Below are positions 58,624 to 64,000 of a stretch of 64,000 nucleotides of DNA, piece by piece. Source of the DNA: Candidatus Eiseniibacteriota bacterium (GTDB taxonomy: Bacteria; Eisenbacteria; RBG-16-71-46; CAIMUX01; VGJL01); contig JBHGAY010000002.1 of the NCBI GenBank assembly GCA_041946735.1, forward strand, positions 102,368 through 166,367, in the 5' to 3' direction. The first letter of the stretch is position 1. Every line of letters starts with the position of its first letter. A program made the translations under genes and the position numbers. The notes under the pieces were generated by a model. It was not told the DNA's origin, ran no database searches, and saw only the letters and a program-made list of their open reading frames with translations.

Positions 58624-60426
58624 ATGCACGTGGGTACGCACGCAAAAGAGGCTTCCAAGCTGCCGCCGCGCTGCCAATCGCTCCTCGAGAGCGCGGCGCG
58701 CATGACCGGCATGTGGCTCGAGGTGTGGAACGGGGGACGCGACCCGCTCGCCTCCGCCCCGGTTCCGCCGTCCTGCCGGGCGTGTGGTCGGCGTGATCTC
58801 GAACGCTTCTCGGTCTGCCGGCGCGAGCGGGCCCGGGCTGTGGTCACCGGGTGCGCCGGGAATCCGGAGGGAAGAGGATCGGTCTGCCCGCGCGGCCGGA
58901 AGATCCTCTGCGTGCCGATCGCCATGGCCGACGCCCCGTGGCTGCGGCTCGTCGCATGCGTCAACGGTCATGGCCACCGGCACGGAGAGGTCGCTTCCGC
59001 GGATGGCAACGGGCGCGGGGGCGCCGCCCACGGGAGCGGGAACGGCAACGGGAACGGCAACGGGAAGGGCAGCGGAAACGGCAACGGCAACGGCAACGGC
59101 AACGGAAGCGGAAACGGCAACGGGAAGGGCAACGGAAACGGCAACGGCCGCAGCGCGAGCGTAAACGGAAACGGCAGCGGAAACGGCAGCGGCAGAGGCG
59201 CGGACGAGTCCCGCATCCGCTTCCTCGAGGATCTGGCAGCCCTCTTCGCCGAGCACCTCTCCTTCGCCCGCTCGCTGACCCACGCGACCGGAGAGCTGAC
59301 CCACCGTCACGAGGAGCTGGACCTCCTGTATACGATCTCCGGCTCCCTGCGCCATGCCGAAGGGGTGCGCAGCCCCTTGCGCCGAATCCTCGAGCAGGCG
59401 CGCGTCGCCCTGGTGGCCGATGCCGTCGTGCTCTCGATCGACTCCAGCCGGGTGTTCGAGCAGGTGTCCGGACCGTCCCTCGGCAACGGCAAGGCGCCGG
59501 GCGGGCGGGACTGGCGGCTGCTCTCGAGCTTTCTCGCGGAGCGTTTCCGCGACGGCGCGCTCGGCTTCTTCGAAGGCGCGCCGGCCGACCTTCCCGGGAT
59601 GGATGGGCGGCTGGCCGTCGTGCAGCGACTCCTCGCCGTCCCGCTGCCCGGCAGCGCCGGCAACGACGGCTGCCTCTGCCTCGCCTACATGCAGGCGGAG
59701 CGGCGCCGCGGCTCCTCGGAAGTCCGGCTGCTGAAGCTGCTCGCCGAGAAGGTGTCGATGGCCGTCGCCAACGACCTCCTCGTCGAGGACCTGCACGACT
59801 TCCTGATGGCGACGGTGAAGAGCCTGGTCAGCGCAATCGAGGCGAAGGATCCCTACACGTCCGGCCATTCCGAGCGGGTGAACCTCCTTTCGATGCTTCT
59901 TGGCAAGACGATGGGGCTCTCGGCGGCCGATCTCGAGGTGCTCCGCTGGGCCTCGATCCTGCACGATGTCGGCAAGATCGGGATGCCCGAGGAGATCCTG
60001 AAGAAGCCGGGGATCCTGACGCCCGAGGAGTACGAGGTGATGAAGGAGCACCCGGACCGCGGCTACAAGGTGCTCGCGCCGATCCGGCAGCTGGAGGCGG
60101 CGAGCCTCGGCGTCCGCCATCACCACGAGATGTTCGACGGACGCGGGTATCCGCTCGGGCTGAAGGGAGAGGCGATCCCGCTCCCGGCTCGGATCATTTC
60201 CGTCGCCGACACGTACGACGCGCTGACGAGCACCCGCTCCTATCGCAAGCGGCGCGGGCCGGACCAGGCGTTCGCGATCATCCAGGCGGTGCGCGGCACG
60301 CAGCTCGATCCGCGAGTGGTCGACACCCTCGCCGAGCTGATGCCGTTCATCCGCGAGCACGAGGTCATGCTTCAGCCCGAGGGGCTGGAGGGCGCGCCGC
60401 TCACACTGCCGTCGCAGGCGGCCTAG
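58624..60426 (+). CDS. HD-GYP c-di-GMP phosphodiesterase with a Cys-rich N-terminal region, a Gly/Asn repeat linker and a GAF-like middle domain
   Basis: The HD-GYP core is HDVGKIGMPEEILKKPGILTPEEYEVMKEHPDRGYKVL...HHHEMFDGRGYPLGL. The N-terminal cysteines are CQSLL..CRACG..C..C. GAGGA RBS; ATG at 58624. Confidence 0.85.
   Translation: MHVGTHAKEASKLPPRCQSLLESAARMTGMWLEVWNGGRDPLASAPVPPSCRACGRRDLERFSVCRRERARAVVTGCAGNPEGRGSVCPRGRKILCVPIAMADAPWLRLVACVNGHGHRHGEVASADGNGRGGAAHGSGNGNGNGNGKGSGNGNGNGNGNGSGNGNGKGNGNGNGRSASVNGNGSGNGSGRGADESRIRFLEDLAALFAEHLSFARSLTHATGELTHRHEELDLLYTISGSLRHAEGVRSPLRRILEQARVALVADAVVLSIDSSRVFEQVSGPSLGNGKAPGGRDWRLLSSFLAERFRDGALGFFEGAPADLPGMDGRLAVVQRLLAVPLPGSAGNDGCLCLAYMQAERRRGSSEVRLLKLLAEKVSMAVANDLLVEDLHDFLMATVKSLVSAIEAKDPYTSGHSERVNLLSMLLGKTMGLSAADLEVLRWASILHDVGKIGMPEEILKKPGILTPEEYEVMKEHPDRGYKVLAPIRQLEAASLGVRHHHEMFDGRGYPLGLKGEAIPLPARIISVADTYDALTSTRSYRKRRGPDQAFAIIQAVRGTQLDPRVVDTLAELMPFIREHEVMLQPEGLEGAPLTLPSQAA
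59033..59203 (+). repeat. hexanucleotide microsatellite (AACGGC)n with Lys/Ser variants, inside the HD-GYP gene
   Basis: About 28 tandem hexamers (aacggc/aacggg/agcgga/aagggc) encode GSGNGNGNGNGKGSGNGNGNGNGNGSGNGNGKGNGNGNG... Confidence 0.85.
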
Positions 60427-60589
60427 CGACCAGCGGGTCGTTGCTGCAGGCGCGACAGTTTTGGGGCTGAGAGGCGCGCATTCCTTTGAAGCCGTCCCCG
60501 ACCTCCGGGGCGGCTTCGCCGGGGGCCGTCCCGCGCGCGGTACGCGAAGAGCGGACCCGATGCGGGGCGGACCCTGCTACCATCTCGGC

Positions 60590-60865
60590 ATGACCGATTC
60601 CATCGAGGAGATCCGGGTCGTCTTCCGCCTCTGGGGACCGATGCGTCTCGCGGCGAGGCAGGAGACCATCGCCGTCCGGCTTCCTGCGAAGAGCGGCGCG
60701 GCAAGACTTTCCGCGGCCCTCGACATCCTCTATCGGAGCTTCCCGGCCCTGGCGCCCCATCGCGCGAGCGCGCGGGTCGCGATCGGAAACGACTACGTGC
60801 GGGACGACCGTCCGCTCCAGGGCGGCGAGGAGATCTCCTTGATCCCGCCGGTGCAGGGCGGATGA
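60590..60865 (+). CDS. moaD: MoaD/ThiS-family sulfur carrier protein
   Basis: A 91-aa protein ending ...EEISLIPPVQGG (C-terminal Gly-Gly). The stop overlaps the moaE ATG (ATGA). Confidence 0.8.
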   Translation: MTDSIEEIRVVFRLWGPMRLAARQETIAVRLPAKSGAARLSAALDILYRSFPALAPHRASARVAIGNDYVRDDRPLQGGEEISLIPPVQGG

Positions 60866-61296
60866 TCGGTGGCGTTCCGGAATCGGCCGCTCCCGCGACC
60901 GTCCGTGTGGTCATCACGGCCGAGCCACTCGCCATCCCCGCGGAGGAGCGGTCACGTGAAGGGCGCGACGGCGCGGTCCTCGAGTTCTACGGCGTCGTGC
61001 GAGACACGGAGGACGGCCGCGCCATCGAGGCGATCGATTACGAATGCCATCTCTCGATGGCGCAGGCGCAGCTCGAGCGGATCGCGCGTGAAACGGCCGC
61101 CCGCCACTCGCTCTCGGAGCTGATCGTGCTGCACCGGATCGGCGTCGTCCCGGCGGGCGAGCCGAGCTTGTACGTGCGCACCCTCGCGCCGCATCGCGGG
61201 CCGGCCCTGGCGGCGGTCGCGGAGCTGATCGAAGACTTGAAGCGCGACGTCCCGATCTGGAAGCACCCGATCGAGCGGCGCGGCGCGGAGGCCTGA
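60862..61296 (+). CDS. moaE: molybdopterin synthase catalytic subunit
   Basis: 144 aa. The MoaE pattern is ...LEFYGVVRD...IVLHRIGVVPAGEPSLYV...DVPIWKHP. Confidence 0.85.
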   Translation: MIGGVPESAAPATVRVVITAEPLAIPAEERSREGRDGAVLEFYGVVRDTEDGRAIEAIDYECHLSMAQAQLERIARETAARHSLSELIVLHRIGVVPAGEPSLYVRTLAPHRGPALAAVAELIEDLKRDVPIWKHPIERRGAEA

Positions 61297-61401
61297 CCAG
61301 ACCTCAGCCATCGGGCGGCCCGGCTCATGGTGCCCCCACTCAGTTTTCCTGCTGCATCACGATGCGGCGGGCGGACCGCACCGCTGCCACTACCACCACC
61401 C

Positions 61402-62277
61402 CTACCGCTCGGCCGAGCCCTCGAGCAGCGCCGTCGCTGCGGTGGCCGCCTCGCGGCCGCTCTCCTCGATCGACCGTCCCGCCCGCCGCCACCACGAATA
61501 GACCGCGAGGAACGTGTCGCCGAGTCCGACCGGCTCGCCGCCCAGCCGGCGAGGCGGAACGGCCGCGACCTCGACCGGCTGCCCGGCGCCGGCGGCGATG
61601 CGCGCCCCGTGGTCCCCGCGCGTCACGACGATCTCGCTCGCGATCTCGGCGAGCGGCGGAGCCCCTGGGGAGCCCGCCAGCGCGTCCACCTCCGACTCGT
61701 CGCCGCAGAGGACGGCGAGCGGCGGAAGCTGCGCGACGAGCGGGTACGCGGCAGGGACGACGACCGCGCCGGGATCGGCGGCGCGCACGAGCCCCTGGAT
61801 GCCGAGATGGAGCGGCCGCCCGCACTGTGTGAGCGCCGCCAGCAGCGACGCCGGCAGGTCGCGTGGCAAGAGCGGCCCGAGCAGCACCCATGCGGCCTCG
61901 CTCAGCGCCTGCGCGCCGATCCGGTCCGCGTCGACCGGGTCGGAGGCGGAGACGGCGAAGAGCCGGCGCTCGTTCGGGCGCGCGCGATCGAACTCGAGGC
62001 GGAAGCGGGTCGTTTCGCGCGAGGGATGTTCGACGACGCGCACGCGCGCGGGCAGCGCGCCGAGCAGGTCGCGATCGCGTGCGGCGAGCGGGGTGTGGAG
62101 GATCACGCGGGCGCCGAGCCGGTCGAGCGCGCGCGCCGCGTAGAGTCCCGCTCCTCCCGCGCGCACGAGCCCGCTCGGGAGCTCATCGCGGCAAAGCGGC
62201 GCGATCAGGAGGACCGGCCTCGGCGCGCGGCCCAACGAGGGAGCAGCGCGAAGCGGCCGCGGCGGGCGAGCGCTCAC
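61402..62277 (-). CDS. PfkB-family carbohydrate kinase (ribokinase-like)
   Basis: The C-terminal motif is PVGLGDTFLAVY (GAGD-T-F type). The GTG start at 62277 overlaps the peptidase stop (GTGA). ORF-track residues upstream are junk. Confidence 0.75.
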   Translation of the reverse strand: MSARPPRPLRAAPSLGRAPRPVLLIAPLCRDELPSGLVRAGGAGLYAARALDRLGARVILHTPLAARDRDLLGALPARVRVVEHPSRETTRFRLEFDRARPNERRLFAVSASDPVDADRIGAQALSEAAWVLLGPLLPRDLPASLLAALTQCGRPLHLGIQGLVRAADPGAVVVPAAYPLVAQLPPLAVLCGDESEVDALAGSPGAPPLAEIASEIVVTRGDHGARIAAGAGQPVEVAAVPPRRLGGEPVGLGDTFLAVYSWWRRAGRSIEESGREAATAATALLEGSAER

Positions 62278-64000
62278 CGGAGCTTCAGGAGCCGGAGCGT
62301 CGCCTCCTGGCCGCCGCCCGCGGTCCGCATGCGCAGGAAGTAGACGCCGGACGGCAGATCGCGGCCGTCCTCGTCGCGCCCCTTCCAGATCAGGTCGTGG
62401 CGTCCCGCCGGGCGATCCTCGTCGAGAAGCTGCGCGACGCGGCGTCCCTGCACATCGAACAGGTCGAGGCGCACGCGATCGGCTGCGAGCATGTCGAAGA
62501 GGATCGTCGTGTCGTCCCGCAACGGCGACGGCCAGGCGCCGACGAGCCGTGATCGCGCCGAGAAGGCCGGCTCGGGAGCAGAGACGACGCCGACGAGCCG
62601 CACGTCGTCGACCGCCGCCTCGTAGAGCGATGCGGAGCCCCCGTCGTCGGCGACGAAACGCAGGCGCATCCGGTCGGTCAAGGGCCACCGCGTCTCGAGA
62701 TCGTGGAAGGTGACCTCCGCCCATGCGGCGTCGCCGCCACGCACGCTTTCGAGGACCGTCCAGCTCTCGCCGTCGTCGTTGGACAGCAGCACGAGGAGCG
62801 AGTCGTCCGGCACCGTGCCGTCGACGAACCAGCGCGAGTAGGAAAGGACGACCTGCCGGGCGCCGGCCAGGTCGATGCGCGGAGAGGTAAGCGTCGTGCG
62901 GCCGCCATCGACGTCCGCCTCGCCGGTCGGCGCGCCTTCGGGCGCGTTGCCGGTGACGAAGCAGGCTCCCGAGCTGTCCCCTTCGGCGTCGATCGCCGGC
63001 TGCGCGGAGGTGCCGACCGGCGGCTCCCGGACCCACAACCCGCTCGTCGCGCCGTCCTCCGGACCGCCGATCGTCCAGCCCTGATCCGCGTCGAAGCTGT
63101 CGGCGAAGAGCGCTTCGCGGCCGACGACGAACGAGAAGGTTCCGTCGTACGGGTCGGTCGCCGCCCGTCCCTCGAGATCGCGCGCGCGAATCGCATACTC
63201 GACGCGCCGGCCGGGTCGCTGACGCGGGATCGTGTAGGAGTAGCGCACCGAGTCGTCGACCGAGCGCATCCGCCCGATCGTCCACGCCCCGCCGTCCACG
63301 CGCCACCGCACGACGACGCTGTCGGCCTCGAGCGGCGCGATGTACGAGAAGATCTGCGCGGTCACCGGGTAGCCGTCGCCGCCGATCGCGGGATCGTGCA
63401 ACGGCTCGTGCTCGATCCGCACGCGCAGCGGCCTCGCGTAGCTCGCGAGCAAGGCGACCGCGGACTGCACGTTCGCCCGGAGGAACGGAAAGCTGTTCAG
63501 CCCGATTCCGATCCGGTCGGTCGAGCGGTGGTAGGCGGGATTCGGCGGATTCTCCCCTTCGAAAAAGAAGATCGCGGCGTAGCCGTTGTTCCAGAACGAC
63601 TGCTGATCCGAGTTGCCGCCGCTCAGCGTCGACTCGCGAAACCGATGGCCGGGAAGGTAGGTCTCGATCGCCTCGTAGGTGCGCTCGATGATCTCCGGAT
63701 ACGACGGATCGGTGATGAGGTCGAGGTCGGGATCGGCTCCGGCGTAGCCGATCATGTCGAGGTTCACCATCCCCCGGATGTCGAGAGCCAGGTCCGCCGC
63801 CTGCCCCGCCCATGCCGCGCTTCCGTGCAGTCCCTGCTCCTCCCCGGAGAAGCAAAGGAAGATCAGCGTCGCCTCGAACGGCTCGGGCGCGAGCACGCGC
63901 GCCGCCTCGAGCACGCCGGCGGTGCCCGATCCGTTGTCGTCCGCTCCCGGAGAAACGGGAACGGAGTCGTAGTGCGCGCCGATCACGTAGATCTCGTCCG
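62274..64000 (-). CDS. M28-family aminopeptidase with a T9SS-type C-terminal sorting domain (the 5' end runs past the window end)
   Basis: The Zn ligands are in GAHYDSV...GADDNGSG...SGEEQGLHGS. The C-terminus is ...VRLDLFDVQGRRVAQLLD...LIWKGRDEDGRDLPSGVYFLRMRTAGG...LRLLKLR. The frame stays open to 64000 (...DEIYVIGAHYD). Confidence 0.8.
   Translation of the reverse strand, partial: DEIYVIGAHYDSVPVSPGADDNGSGTAGVLEAARVLAPEPFEATLIFLCFSGEEQGLHGSAAWAGQAADLALDIRGMVNLDMIGYAGADPDLDLITDPSYPEIIERTYEAIETYLPGHRFRESTLSGGNSDQQSFWNNGYAAIFFFEGENPPNPAYHRSTDRIGIGLNSFPFLRANVQSAVALLASYARPLRVRIEHEPLHDPAIGGDGYPVTAQIFSYIAPLEADSVVVRWRVDGGAWTIGRMRSVDDSVRYSYTIPRQRPGRRVEYAIRARDLEGRAATDPYDGTFSFVVGREALFADSFDADQGWTIGGPEDGATSGLWVREPPVGTSAQPAIDAEGDSSGACFVTGNAPEGAPTGEADVDGGRTTLTSPRIDLAGARQVVLSYSRWFVDGTVPDDSLLVLLSNDDGESWTVLESVRGGDAAWAEVTFHDLETRWPLTDRMRLRFVADDGGSASLYEAAVDDVRLVGVVSAPEPAFSARSRLVGAWPSPLRDDTTILFDMLAADRVRLDLFDVQGRRVAQLLDEDRPAGRHDLIWKGRDEDGRDLPSGVYFLRMRTAGGGQEATLRLLKLR

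Overview
The window is about 70% GC with little AT-rich DNA, and is densely coding (roughly 55 genes, most on the minus strand). I found no rRNA, tRNA, CRISPR array, transposase or integrase by eye. Many genes have low-complexity insertions (Gly/Asn, Ala/Thr/Pro, Glu/Pro, Gly/Glu tracts). Adjacent genes often overlap by 4 nt (ATGA or GTGA), which suggests tight translational coupling.

The window ends inside genes at both edges: etfA at position 1 and an M28 peptidase at 64000.

**Housekeeping content.** The core genes are:
- Electron transfer, translocation and repair: etfAB, alr, a DnaQ-like exonuclease, glnA, the NAD(P)HX repair enzyme Nnr, secDF and lepB.
- A cell-division operon: ftsE-ftsX-envC-holB-PSP1-tatD-ksgA.
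- Other conserved genes: speA, a ClpC-family ATPase, surA, moaDE, and an rmlA-like nucleotidyltransferase with a flippase and GT2/GT4 glycosyltransferases.

**Accessory content.** The more interesting regions are:
- A T9SS-like signature: four secreted proteins share one C-terminal sorting-type β-sandwich motif, and two predicted β-barrels carry a PorV-like N-terminal motif. One barrel sits directly after a cargo gene.
- A four-gene, translationally coupled envelope operon of unknown function (25563-32821): a DUF4159-like protein, a 1119-aa Met/Gln-rich coiled-coil membrane protein, a TPR protein and a membrane-anchored amidotransferase-like protein.
- An operon of a 668-aa outer-membrane barrel plus two paralogous lipoproteins, divergent from an orphan histidine kinase.
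- A pseudo-receiver plus an HD-GYP phosphodiesterase whose N-terminal region is Cys-rich and contains a ~160-bp (AACGGC)n hexanucleotide repeat.
- Several tandem DNA repeats and a 740-bp non-coding stretch.

The C-terminal sorting domains plus the high GC suggest a Gemmatimonadota-like or related FCB-group lineage. This is inference only.

Many very long ORFs in the supplied track are antisense or out-of-frame artefacts of the high GC, and I have not annotated them.
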